DNA of 64,000 nucleotides from the human T2T-CHM13v2.0 reference genome, Homo sapiens, in NCBI RefSeq assembly GCF_009914755.1, contig NC_060935.1, one strand, 5' to 3'. Made by a program: the position numbers and the translations under genes. Under the pieces are notes generated by a model, which searched no databases, was not told where the DNA came from, and was given only the letters and a program-made list of their open reading frames with translations. How positions within the stretch are numbered: position 1 is the stretch's first letter; each line of letters opens with the position of its first letter. Below are positions 26,945 through 40,417 of the stretch, piece after piece.

Positions 26945-27141
26945 CCCTTTCCACCATGCGAAGACACAGCAAAAAGACAAAAATCTATGGACCAACAAGT
27001 GGGACCTCACGACACATCAAATCTCATGACACCTTGATTTGGGGCTTCCCAGCCTCCAGAACTGTGAGAAAAAAAAATGTCTATTGTTTATAGGTCACCC
27101 AGTCTGCAGTATTTGGTTACAATAGCCTGAAAGGACTAACA
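26945..27141 (+). mobile_element. MLT1A-type LTR, 3' piece
   Basis: ccaccatgcgaagacacagc...cttcccagcctccagaactgtgaga...ggactaaca. Confidence 0.85.
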
Positions 27142-27589
27142 GTTGATTCAGAAAAAAGTACTTCATATACTCTCTTTTAAATATAACTTGTTACACACTT
27201 CTGTTATACATCTTTATATTTCATTACCATGCCTTAAAAACTTATTGTAACATGTTGGAGGATTTAGATGTTTGATTTGATTGATTATAAACCTGAATTA
27301 TGTAATTAACAACTTTGAGAAAAGAGCTCCAATATATTTCAGCTTATTTACTTTGGATACATTTTCAAGAATGAAATTGCTGAGTCAGAAGTTTTGAAAG
27401 TTGGTTTTTCATACACGTAATGTCATTATTTTACCTGAGGATAAAAAGGTGGGAAGAAGGAAGTACTTGCAAAGGAAATCAACTTGGAACATTCTTAGCT
27501 GCAAAGACTTTCATGGTTGAAGAATGGCTTTTTTTATGTGAAATAATAATAATGGATTAATGTAGTAGTGTTACTATACTGTTATTATT

Positions 27590-27833
27590 AATTATTATAT
27601 AGTAACACCGAGTTGTGAGCAGGAGCTAGAAATTATTTTAAGTGTTTTACTTTTATCTCTTTAATCTTCACAAACCTCTGAGATAATTATTATTATTACC
27701 CTCATTTTATAGTTTAGGATTTGAGGGACAGAGATGTTAAGTAATTTATTCAAAGTAACTCAGTAAGTCAGGAGTAGAGTCCATATATAAATCTATACAG
27801 TCCAACTTCAGAGTCCCTGGTCTTAATCACTAC
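27590..27833 (-). mobile_element. MIR SINE
   Basis: ttaatcttcacaaac...ctcattttatag...gagatgttaagtaattt...tcttaatcactac. Confidence 0.7.
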
Positions 27834-27857
27834 TCCTCAGCAATTAAGAGAAAAATA

Positions 27858-28189
27858 CAGTAGTCTTTCTTATACATGGGGAATACATTCTAAGATACCC
27901 AGGAGATGCCTGAAACATAGTATATATGGTACTGAACCTTATATATTACCATGTTTTTTCTTATACATACATAGCTATAATAAAGATTAATTTATAAATT
28001 AGGCACAGTAAGAAATTAACAATAACTAATAAAAAACAGAACAATTATACTGTAATAAATATACTGTAATAAAGATTATGTGAATGTGGTCTCTCTCTTT
28101 CTCAAAATATATTAATATTTTTGGACCAGAGTTGACTGTGAATAACTGAAACCACAGAAATTGAACCTGTTGATAAAGGAGGACTATTG
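27858..28189 (-). mobile_element. MER44A-like Tigger MITE
   Basis: TA-flanked; TIRs cagtagtc... and ...ggactattg; internal aatttataaattaggcacagtaaga. Confidence 0.85.
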
Positions 28190-30549
28190 TATATACAAAT
28201 ATACACCTCAAACATTACGTAGATTCCTATAAATATAATTCTGGACTTCACCATTTATCTTGCCTTACAGAGCATTGAAGAGACTCAGAATTGCTGAGGA
28301 TAGCTCTTACATGCCCTTGTCTGTTTCTTCTTCTGTCTTATTTATTCTGATCATCCAGTCTTCACTCTGAATCATTTATTTTACCATTAAATTATTGACC
28401 ATGTAGGCATTGATTCTTCCTAGTCTCTACGTTAATATAGTCAAATTTAATGCTAAATTATTTCTATAAATATGAAATTTCAGGATAGACATCTCAGGTA
28501 AAATAAAAATTACTAGAAAATAACATTTGTAATGCACATATTAATTGTGAAGCACACACAGAATCATGTGCACATACATGCCTGCCTTCCTGTTCATAAC
28601 TGTCATGATTCAATCAAAGTGCCAAGTAACATTCACAATAATGCAGGAAATTTCATGATTATTTGAATGTATAATCTCTCAAAAGTTCCAATTCTGTATC
28701 TCTTTGATCTAACATCCTAGAAGCTTACTTAACTAACAATTATATTTTCTAGACCTAGAAAATCCATTTTACCAATCAATATTTCATTAGGATCCGGATA
28801 TATTTCATTCTAGTAGGAAGATGTCACTTTGAAATTTTAATTTGGACCTATTCAAATGTTCTGTCTTATTTTCATCAGGTTTACTTTCTAGTAAACACAT
28901 GCAAATTTAGGTTTTCCTATACATGTATTTTTTTCCTTTCTTTATTTTATTTTTCTTTCCATTCTAATACATTAGAATTGACTCAGCATTCCATGAAGCA
29001 CCAAATACGTACTGCTTTTTTATTCCTGGCAATATAATTATTGCTACTTTTGTCTTAAAAGAACTAACCAATATAGCATAGGATCTGGCACACTGTAGGT
29101 ACTCGTATTTATGGAATAAATTAATAAAAAATACAAGTATACATATTACATTTATGCCCACACAGATTTATAATTCATGAACTGAAGAGCTCTCACTCTC
29201 CTGAGATTGTGACATACACACCTTCCTTGACTATGCAAAACTTCCCTTTTGCTTGTTTCGGTATTTTCTCCTAAGTTTTCACAAACAAAGAATATTTTTA
29301 AAAAATATTATCACCCATATTGTTACAGAATGTATTTTAATGTACGTATGACATATATTTGATAGTCCTATGTAAATATAAACAAGATAAAAAGCAATAA
29401 CAAGGTGAAGCCATCTAAAATGACTTTGCTTTTATCCTATTAAAGTAAATCTCTCATTTGAAAATGATTGTAAGAATAATTTTGATGAAAATAATAACTA
29501 CCACCAGTCAGATGCACAAAGTTTCTAATGGAAAATATCATTTCAATATAGATCAGAGATATACTTCATTCTTGATAACTGAGAAAAAAAAACTGTCATT
29601 AAGTATTTTATTTAACTATTACTGCTTCTACCATGCTGTAATTAGGAAAGAGAGAAACGTTCTCTTTAGTTTCCTTTTTCCAGTATAAAGAACTTGTTCC
29701 TGTAGTTCTAGGATGGTATTTCAGGAAGTTCACAAAAAATGAAACATTTTCTGCCAATAAAGAATCAAACAGACTAAAGGCATTCACATCTTTTCATCTG
29801 CATTTTGTTTGGAATATCACTCTTCAGAAGGCTTCTAAATGAATGTCACAAGTGTTGTTGGCTGAAGATAAAGATGTATGTTAAGTTCATTATATAATTC
29901 CTCATAGTGCTTAGGATAGTAACCCAGTGCATGGCAGTTGGTAGTACTTCAGTAATTTTACACTAAGATACTGAATCAATAAATGAAGGAGTTACACATT
30001 ATGTAGCAGAATTATTTATGATCCTGAAAAAGACATCAACTGTTGTCACCTTTTGTGTCATATTTGAATACTTCCCTAAATTAATCCATCCCCAGTTTCA
30101 CTTCTGGTCAGTCACTGGAGTAACAACTTTACTACTAATATGATCCTTTCACTTTGATCCACTTACTTACTCAAAGGGCTAGCAGAGCAAAGCTGAGTCT
30201 TAGTAAGGTAACTTAAAATAGAATAAACACTCAAGTGCCAGCCTCATGTTACCACCTAAATTAGATAATTTAACCTCAGAGCCTTAGTTTTCCCATCTGT
30301 TCAATCAAAAAAATAGTATGATCTATTTCTGATCAAAATTGCTGTGAGATACCTAAGAAAATAAGTTAAATGAAAATGTTATAAAATTTGTAAGGTGTGA
30401 GGAAAACGTAAATATTTTGTATCACAGAACGCTGAAACTGAATGCTCAGCATTTTTGCCTGGATCTTTCCTAATTTATCCTACTCTGAAGCTGTTGATTT
30501 TGTGGCACTTAGAACTAATAATTCAAATTTCTAATAGCAAAACAATGAC

Positions 30550-30790
30550 AATACTGGAGGACATAAAGCGCTTACCATTTAACAAGCATTGGTTTAAGTA
30601 CTTACATTTAAATCTTACAAGAATTATGTGAGGTCATACTCTCTACATAATACAGATGAAATAATTGAAGCTTAGAGAGACTCAGCAACTTGTCCAAAGA
30701 CAAACTATTATTATGTGAAGGAGCCCATATTCATAAAGAGGGATGACTGACCCCAAAGCCTATATGCTTAACTCAGTAGCTACCATGCCA
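30550..30790 (-). mobile_element. MIR SINE
   Basis: tacagatgaaataattgaagcttagagag...caacttgtccaaag...tgcttaac. Confidence 0.6.
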
Positions 30791-33018
30791 GCTCCCATCA
30801 CATCTGAATGCACATCTTCCTTTACCCTTGACTCTGCACCTGTCAATATGAAAGTATGAAGTGTGAAGGATCTGTGGCTTCTTCATTTGAGGAATTTAGA
30901 ACCTAGAGAGAAATGAAAATTAGGCCATAAATTTAATGTAAAACAGAGGTCAGACTTGAAAGCCCTTATCTGTTTAATGGCAGCAATTTAAGTAGCTGAA
31001 AGTCCCTTCTCACACAGAATAATCTCTGCAAATTCAATTCAGTTACATCAATGTGATTATGAACTATGTAATGATTTACAGAAATTTAAAGTTAGGATCA
31101 AACAAATTGATTTGTGCTCTGATGACAACAGCCTATTCTGCAGGGATGGGCACAAATTTTATTTTTATGTAAATTACCTCAAATGCAGTTCTTTCTCCTA
31201 AATTATATAAAACTGGCATTTGCCCATGTGCATTATTTCCTGGGCATCAAGAACCTTGACAAGCCCAATGCGAATCCAAAAGTGGATATGAGAAAATGAG
31301 GGGAAAGTATTAGGGACAGAAGTGATTTCCATTTTTAATTTCAGAAATTGAAAAATGCATTGAAGTTGATGTCTATTTAGTATGAGTTAAAAGAAAAGTT
31401 TGGAATTAGAACCCGAAAATGTTGAGTTCAAATTTCATGTAGCTGATTTTTGCTTTGGGGGAAGTTGGCCACTCTTACTACCAGTGTCCATATTGTTTTC
31501 ATTCTTGCAACAAGTATTGATTGAAAGTCTCCTGTATGCCAGTCATTCAAATAAGACCCCAGGATATTAAAAAAATACGGTCTCTCATTAAAACAGTTCA
31601 ATCTACAGACAGGATATATAAAAAGTCAAATAAAGAACAATACTGGATTAAGATAACAGTGGAGGCAAGGGAAGGTGGAGCATTATAAAGAGAATTATCA
31701 CTTCACTTCAGTAGAGTAGGCTTCTGAGGAAACACAATGTTTCAGAAATTCAACTTTACAGTAAATCAGGATGATTATATACATTTAGCAGGGCCATTAC
31801 TGGGAAAAAAATGCAACAACATACATAATAACTCATCTTGGTGATTTACATTATTATGTTATTTTTATATGAGTATCATACAAGTATAAAAACCAAGAAT
31901 TAACTCTTACTTTTCAAAACCTATTCTGTTGCTATCTTTAAACAAACATTTTGTTAATATCAGTCATTCTGATTTTGTGCCCATAATTGCTGCTCACCAG
32001 ACCATGAGGATCAAAGCCTGGAAATCCCAGGAATGGCAGAGGAACATTCAGTGCACTACATCTCAAATAAAAACATGGTTTTCATTCCTGATATATAAAT
32101 ACAATTAACCTATTTATATTTCACCTACCACATACACAAAAAAGGTACCTGAGTTAAATAAGGGCATAAGAACCTGCCATATACTCTTGGCTCAATTACA
32201 TTCGCCCTCATTTCTCCACTCTCACCCTAATCCACAGGCTCTTGCTTATGTACTAAGTTGTTCGGAGTTGTTTTGGTTTTTGCTCTTTTGTTTTCCTAGA
32301 CTCATTGTTTTGCAAAATTTGTGTGTTGTTGCACATAAAGCTGTTTGTCCTGAGCTCCCTAGAACATGAATAATTTAGGAGAAGTGTTTTTATTTTAAAA
32401 GATATCTGAATATTGCTAAAGTTAAAAAGAAATAGCTCCAGATTGTGCTTCTGACTTTAAATGTTCTCTTCCCATCCATTTCCCAGGAATGAGAGCCCTT
32501 CCACTTTTTAACAATATAATTTAATACCAAAAAAAGCCAAAAAAATTATAAATGTAAAACTTGATGAGTTTTCAGAAAGTGAACAAAGCCATATAAAGAT
32601 CAAGTATAGAGTACTGACGGCACTTTAGAAGTGCCTTATCCTTTTCCAAAAAGTAATCACTACCTGGATGTCTAACACCACAGAAAATTGCACTTGTATT
32701 TAAATATATAAAGAATGAGATTGTGCAGTATATATACTCTTTTGTTTTTGGTATTTTTACTCAATATTATGTTTATGAGATTTATCCATTTTGTTAATGA
32801 AGTATAATCATTTCTTCTCTCCAATTACTGCATGTCATTCCATTGTAAGAATGTATCAATAATTTAGTAGTTTTACTGTTACTGGATATTTGTTATTTCC
32901 AGATTTTGTCTATTACACATAATGCCATCATGAATATTTTGTGCATATGTTTTGGTGAATATTTATGCACTATTGGGAATGTACCTAGAATTTGAATGAA
33001 TGGGCTCTTTTTGTTATA

Positions 33019-33253
33019 CAGATGCTCCTTGATTTATGATGATGTTACATACAATAAACCCACATAAATTGAAAAAGTCATAAGTCAGAATTGCATTTAA
33101 TATACTGACAAACCCATCATAAAGTCAAACAGTTGCAAGTTGAAATATCATCAGTCCAGATTTTCCTTGACTTATGATAGGTAACATCTCAATAAAACCA
33201 TCATAAAGTCAAAAAACCATAAGTTGAACAGTCATTAAGTTAGGGACCAGCTG
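33019..33253 (+). mobile_element. MER47/Tigger5-type MITE
   Basis: TA + cagatgctccttgatttatgat ... taagttagggaccagctg + TA; repeated aaacccatcataaagtc units. Confidence 0.8.
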
Positions 33254-33551
33254 TACATATATCCAACTTTAGTAGGTACTGCCAAATGTTGTTCCAAAAG
33301 GGTTTGGCATTACCATTAAGAGTGGATGAGAGTTTCAGTTTTTTCTTATCCTCATCAACACTCAGTATTTTCAGTCTTCCTAATTAGCCATTTTGGTGGG
33401 TATAGAGTAGCACTGACTTATAGTTTTAATTTGCATTTCTAACTAACTAATGAAAATAATTCATTTTTCAGATGTTAACTTGCCAGTGGGGTATCCTAAT
33501 TTGTGATCACCCTGTTATGTCACTTGCTTATTTTCTAATTTGGTTGATTGC

Positions 33552-34145
33552 CGTAAATAGGCAGAACAATGTGCCCTCAAAATGTCCATACCCTTATCCT
33601 TGGAACCTGTACGTATGTGAATATGATACCTTATATAGAAAAGGGGGGCTTTATAGATATGGTTAAAGTTAAAAACCTTGAGAAGGGGAAATTATCCTAA
33701 GTAACTGAGTTTGATTTATCACATGAGATATTAAAAGTAGAACTCGAAGGCAGAAAAGTTAGTCAAAGAAATGTCACTGTGAGAGGGATCTGACCCTGCA
33801 TGATTGGTTCTGAGATATACCCCTGCATGATTGGTTCTGAGATATACCCCTAAAAGAACTGGAGAGACGCCTCTAGGAGGCAAGGGCAGTCCCCAGCTGA
33901 TACCAATGGAATGGAGACCTCGGCCCTACAACTGCATGGAACTGAATTCTACCAACATCTGAATGAGCAAGGAAATATTCATTCTTGGCACCTACAGAAA
34001 GAAATGCAGGCCTGATTACACCTTGATTTTAGCACGGTCAGGTTTGTACTACACTTCTGACATGAAGAACTGCAGGATTATAAATTTACATTGTTTTAAG
34101 CTACTAAGATTATGGTAAGTTGTTATGTTCAAGAAACACCATACA
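33552..34145 (+). mobile_element. MLT1D/E-type MaLR solo LTR
   Basis: taggcagaacaat...ggaacctgt...gaactgaattctaccaac...ttgttttaagctactaag...ataca. Confidence 0.8.
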
Positions 34146-34396
34146 ATTATCTTTTTATTATTGATTTATACAAGTTATTTAGTTATAGTGAATATGAATT
34201 AAATATTGTAATGACCATGTCTAATGACCATGTCCTAACTGTGATTTTTATTTTCTTCTCTTAATGAAGTCTTTTGGAAGGAGAATCAATTAATTTTAAT
34301 GTAGTGCCATTTATTAATCTTTTCTGTATAGTTAATTAATTATGTGGATTGTTTAAGATATATTTGGCTACTCCAAGCTCATTAAGATACTATCTT

Positions 34397-37300
34397 TTTT
34401 TCCTTCCAACTTTTATTTATGTTCAGGGTTACATGTGGATGATTGTTACATGGGTAAATTGCCTATTGCAGCGGTTTGGTGTGCAAATGATTTTATCATC
34501 CAGGTAGTGAGTATAGTACATAATAGGTAGTTTTGATCCTCACCTTCTTCCCACCCTCCATCATCAAATAGGCCCTGGTGTCAATTGTTCCCCTCTTTAT
34601 GCCCATGTGTACTCGATGTTTAACTCCCACCTATAAGTGAAAACATGCAATATTTGACACTTTGTTTCTGTTTTAATTTGCTTAGGATAATGCCCTCCAG
34701 CTGCCTCCATGTTGCTGCAAATGACATGATTTCATTTTTGTGTGTGTGTGTGGCTGTGTTGTAATTCATGGCGTATATATACTACATTTTCTTTATCCAG
34801 TCCACCGTGGGCATCTAGGTGGATTCCATGACTTTGCTATTATGAAATGGGCTGCAATGAACATATGCATACATGTGACTTTATGGTAGAATGATTTATA
34901 TTCCTTTACCTAATATACCCAATAATAGGATTGCTGGGTTGAAGGTAGTTCTGTTTTAAGTTCTTTAAGAAATCTCCCAAATACTTTCCACAGTGGCTGA
35001 ACTAATTTACCTTCCCACCAGCAGGGTATAAGCATTCCTTTTACTCCATAACTTTGCCAGCATCTGTTATTCTTTGACTTTTTAACAATAGCCATTGTGA
35101 TTGGTATAAGATGTTGTCTGACTGTGGTTTTTATTTTAATTTATCTTATAATTAGTGACACCGAGCATGTTTTCACATGCTTGTCAGCCATGTGTATGTC
35201 TTCTATTGAGAAGTGTCTGTTCATGTCCTTTGCCCAATTTTTTAATGGGATTGTTTGTTTATTCCTTGTTGATTGGTTAACTTCCTTGTAGAGTCTTGGT
35301 ATTAGACCTTTGTAAGATACACAGTTTGTAAATATTTTCTCCCACTCTCTGGGTTGTCTGTTTAATCTGTTGGAAGTTTCTTTTGCTGTGCAGAAACTCT
35401 TTAGTTTAATTAGGTCCCACTTGTCAGTTTTTGTTTTTGTTGCAATTGCTTTTGGAGTCTTCATCATGAAACCTTTGGCAAAGCCTATGTCCAGAACAGT
35501 ATTTCCAAGGTTTTTGGCTAAGGTTCTTTTTATAGTTTTAGGTTTTACATTTAAGTCTTTAATCTATCTTGAGTTAATTGTTATACAGTGAAAGAAAGGG
35601 GTCCAATTTCAATCTTCTTCATATGTCTAGCCAGTTTTTCCAGCATCATTTATAGTGAGTCCCTTTCCCATTGCTGGTTATTGTTAACTTTGTCGAAGGT
35701 CAGATGGTGGTAGATGTGCAACTTTATTCCTGGATTCTCTAACCTGTTCCATTGGTCTATGTGTCTGTTTTTGTACCATGCTGTTATGGTTACTGTAACC
35801 TTATAGTATAGTTTGAAATCAAGTAATGTGATGCCTCCAGGTTTGTTCTTTGTGCTTAAGGTTGCTTTTACCATTCAGACTCTTTTTTTGTTCCATATGA
35901 ATTTATAATAGTTTTTTTTCTAATTCTATAAATATAACATTGGTACTTTGATGGGAATAGCATCAAATCTGTAAATTGCTTTGGGCAGTATGGCTATTTT
36001 AACAATATTGGTTCCTTCTATCCATGAACATGGAATGTTTTTCCCTTTGTTTTTGTCATTTCTGATTTCTTTCAGCAGTGTTTTGTAGTTCTCCTTGTAG
36101 AAATCTTTCACCTCCCTAATTAGTTGTATTCCTAGGTATTTTATTCTTTTTGTGGCTGTTGTGAATGGGATTGCATTATTTATTTGGCTCTCAGCCTGAA
36201 CCTTATTAATGGATAGAAATGCTACTGAATTTGTACCCTGAAACTTTACTGAGGTTGTTTATTGGTTCTAGGAGAATTTGGGAAAAGACTATGGGGTTTT
36301 CTTGGATGGGATTATCACCTGTGAAGTGATACCGTTTGAATTTCTCTCTTACTATTTGGATGCATTTCTTTTTTTTTCTCTCTTGCCTGATTGCACTGGC
36401 TAAGACTTCCAGTACTATCTGAATAGGAGTGGTAAGAGTGGATATTTTTGTCTTGTTCCAGTTCTCAAGAGGAATGCTTCCAGCTTTTGCTCATTCTGTT
36501 TGATATTGACCGTGGCTATTATTATTTTTAGGTATGTTCTTTCGATGCCTAGTTTAGTGAGGATTTTTTTTTTTTAACATGAAAGGATGCTGAATTTTAT
36601 CAAAAGCCTTTTCTGCATCTGTTGAGATGATCATGTGGTTTTTATTTCTAGATCTGTTTATGTGATGAATCACATTTACTAATTTGCATGTTTTGAACCA
36701 ACCTTGCATCTGAGAAATAGAGTCTACTTGGGCATTGTGCATTAGCTTTTTGATGGGATGCTGGATTCGGTTTGCTAGCATTTTTGCAACTATGTTTATC
36801 AGGGGTATTCACCTGAAGTTTTCTTGTTTCATTGTGTCTCTGCCCAGTTCTGGTATCTCAATGATGCTGACCTCACAGAATGAATTAGGGAGGATCCCTT
36901 CCTTCTTTACTTTTTGAGAATAATTTCAGTAGAATTGGTACCAACTCTTCCTTATACAGCTGGTGAAATTTGGCTGCAAATCCATCTGGTCCAGGGTTTT
37001 CTCTGGTTGGTACCTTTTTTATTACTGATTCAATTGTCAAACTTGTTATTGGTCTGTTCAAGGTTTCAATTTCTTCCTGTTGCAGTCTTGGGAAGTTATA
37101 TGTTTCCAGGAATTTATACATTTATTCCAGGCTTTCTAGTTTGTGAGCTTCTCTATCTCATTCAGTTCAGCTCTCATTTAGGTAATTTCTTTTCTTTCTA
37201 CCTTTGGGGTTGGTTTTTTCTTGTTTTACTAGTTTCTGAACATATGATATTAGGTTATTAATTTGAGATTTTTATAACTTTTTGATGTAGGTGCTTAGCA

Positions 37301-40300
37301 CTATGAACTTTTCTCTTAACACTGTTTTAGCTGTGTCCCACTTCTGTGTCCCAGAGCTGTGTCTCTGTTATTTTTCATTAGTTTCAAAGAATTCCTTGAT
37401 TTCTACGTTAATTTCATTTTTAAATCAAATGTCAAAAGGAAAGGGATGGGGAAACATCTATCAAGTACATGGAAAAGAGAAGAGGGTAGAGGTTGCTATT
37501 CTTATTTTAGACAAAACATATTTTAAACCAAAAACAATCCAAAAGGACAAAGAATGGCATTACATTATGATAAAGTGTTCAATTCACAAGAAGACGTAAT
37601 TATTCTAAATATATATTCACCTAACACTGGATATCAGATTCATAAAATAAGCTCTTAGAGACTAACAAAGAAACTTAGATAACGACACAATAATTGTGGG
37701 AGACTTCCTGGTTGATAATTTCCATGTAACTGTATGGTTTTGAGAGATCTTCGAACTTATCTCTATTTTTACTGTACTGTGGTCTAAGAGTGTGTTTGGT
37801 ATGACTTCCATTTTTGTGATTTTTTTGAGAATGACTTTATGGCAGAGCATGCGGTTGATCTTAGAGTATGTGCCATGTGCAGATGAGAAGAATATATATT
37901 CTGTTGTTGTTGGGTGGAGTGTTCGTAGATGTCTGTTAGGTTAATTTGGTCAAATGTCAAGTATAAGTCTCAAATATCTTTGTTAGCATTCTGCCTCAAT
38001 TATCTGTCTAACACTGTCAGTGGGGTGTTGAAGTCCTCCACAATTATTGCGTGGTTATCTAAGTTTCTTTGTAGATCTCTAATAACTTATTTTATGAATC
38101 CTATACTCCAGTGTTGGGTGAATATATATTTAGGATAATTAAATCTTCTTGTGAATTGAAAACTTTATCATAATGAAATGCCATTCTTTGTCCTTTCGGA
38201 TTGTTTTTGGTTTAGAGTCTGCTTTGTCTGAAATCAGAGTACCAACTTCTACCCTCTTGTTTTTTTTTTCCATTTGCTTGATAGATATTTCCTCATCCCT
38301 TTTCTTTGGGCCTGTGGGTGTCATTGCATTTGAGATGACTCTCTTGAAAATGGCATACTATTAGAGCTTACTTCTTTATCCAACTTGTCACTTTGTACCT
38401 TTTAAGGGGGGCATTTATCCCATTTACATTCAAGGTTAATATTGATATGTGAATGTTTGATTATGGCATTGTGTTGTTAGCTGATTGGTATGTAGACCTG
38501 ATTGTATAATTGCTTTATAGTGACAGTGGGATATGTTGTTAAGTGTGTTTTAATGGTGGCAGGTAGTAGTCTTTTATTTTCAGGTTTAGCATTGTCTTAA
38601 GAACCTTTTGTTTGGGAGATCTGGTAGTAATGAATACCCTTAGCATTTTGCTTGTCTGAAAAGGATTTTATTTCTCCTTCACGTATGTAGCTTAACATGA
38701 CTGGATATGAAGTTCTTGGTTGGAATTTTTTTTAAGGATGCTGAATATAGGCCCCCAATATCTTCTGGCTTGCAAGGTTTTTGCCAAAAGGTCTGTTGTT
38801 AGCCTAATGTGATTCCCTTTGTGCATGACCTGACCCTTCTCTCTAGCTGTCTTTAACATTTTTTTCTTGTGTGTTACCTTGGAGAATCTAAGGACTACAC
38901 ATCTTGGGAATGGTCCTCTTGTAGAGTATCTCGCAAGGGTTCTTGGAATTTCCTGAATTTGCATTTCAACCTCTCTGTAACAGTTAGAGAAATTTTCATA
39001 GACATGATTCTCCAATATGTTTTCCAATTTGCCTGCTGTCTCTCCATCCCTTTCTAGGATTGCAGACATATGGTCTCTACATAATTCCATGATTCTTGAA
39101 GATTTCATTGAATTTTTTAAATTGTTATTTTTTTGACTGGTTGTATTGATTCAAAGAATCCACCTTCAAGCTTTGAGACTCTTTCTGCAGCTTAATCTAT
39201 TCTACTGTTAATACTTTGGATTGTTTTAACATTATGAAATTCGTATAGTTTTTCAGTTCTATCAGATCAGTTTGGCTCTTTCTTAAAATGGCTATTTCAT
39301 GTCTCAGCTCTTGTATAATTTTATTGGATTCCTTGGATTGGGTTTTAACTTTCTCCTGAATCTTTGCCATCCAGATTCTGAATTCTATTTCTTTCATTTC
39401 AACTGTTTCAGTCTGCTTAAGAACCATTGCTGGGGAGTTAGTACAGTCAATTGGAGGTAAGAGGACACTCTGGCTGGGTCTTTCTTGTCTGTGTTGGATG
39501 ATATTCCTTCAATGTTTGAAACTGCTGTTCATTAAATAAGGCTTTTTGCTTTTATATTCTTTGGTGCCCTTGAGGGTTTGACTGTGGTATAAATTTGGTT
39601 TAGTTAATACACCTTATTTCTTGGATGATTTCAGGAGGCCAAGGCTCAGGTCAGCACTCCTGGGCTGCATATTCTATCCCTGTGAGGCTAGGACCAGGCC
39701 TATGGCTGTGTGCTGGTGTGCACTGGGAGGTGTCCATTTTCAACAGCTCTCCAACTGTTAGGTGGGGTCTGCTGGCAAAAAGCTATGATAGTGGCAACTG
39801 GCAGGTGTCTCTGCTGTGCAGCTGCAGCTCTGCTGCAAGAAGGTCTTGCCAGGCAGGCATCCTGGGAGAGGCCAGTAAGTGAGGAGGTGCTCAGATCAGA
39901 CTATTTCCATACCACAAGCAAAATAGCCCTGCTCTGTCCAGATCTGTTGGCCAACAAAGGCTGAAGCCATCTACAGTAATGACGAGCCTTGGGGGATGGG
40001 TATGCATGGCCCTACTCCACTACAGCTATTCCTACACAAAACCCCCTGGGCTCTTTCAGGCTGGAGTTCTGTGTCTGCCAACTCTCCTGGCAGATCTCCT
40101 TGCCAACTCAAATGTCCATGGGAGTCATGGGCATCACAGAGGTCTGTGATGAGAGTAGGCCACTCCACACCTCTTTTACCCCTTGCCTAGAAGCTGCTCA
40201 GGGCCAGGAACAATTCCTGGTGCTTAGCAACTATTGAATGGTTCCTAGCCTCCTCCCCATTCAGCCTGGGTGTGAGTCCTCCCTCCATCCACTGTCAATG

Positions 40301-40417
40301 CCTTCTTTCTGAAGATCTGTTTGGAGTGTGCTGGTCTTCTTGACAATCTGTTCTCTCAGTAGGAGGACCTCTTTCTGGTTGTGTCAGTTTGCCATCTTGG
40401 CTCTTCCATATCTCTCC
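34397..40417 (-). mobile_element. Near full-length L1PA15/16-like LINE with 13-bp TSD
   Basis: TSD aagatactatctt at 34384-34396 and 40418-40430; 5' end gccatcttggctcttcc (reverse of ggaagagccaagatggc); ORF1 and ORF2 peptides on the - strand, e.g. [15 protein letters not shown] and [13 protein letters not shown]. Confidence 0.93.
37433..37707 (+). repeat. Inverted copy of the L1 endonuclease segment at 38030-38308
   Basis: + strand KRVEVAILILDKTYFKPKTIQKDKEWHYIMIKCSIHKK versus - strand KRVEVGTLISDKADSKPKTIRKDKEWHFIMIKFSIHKK. Confidence 0.9.
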
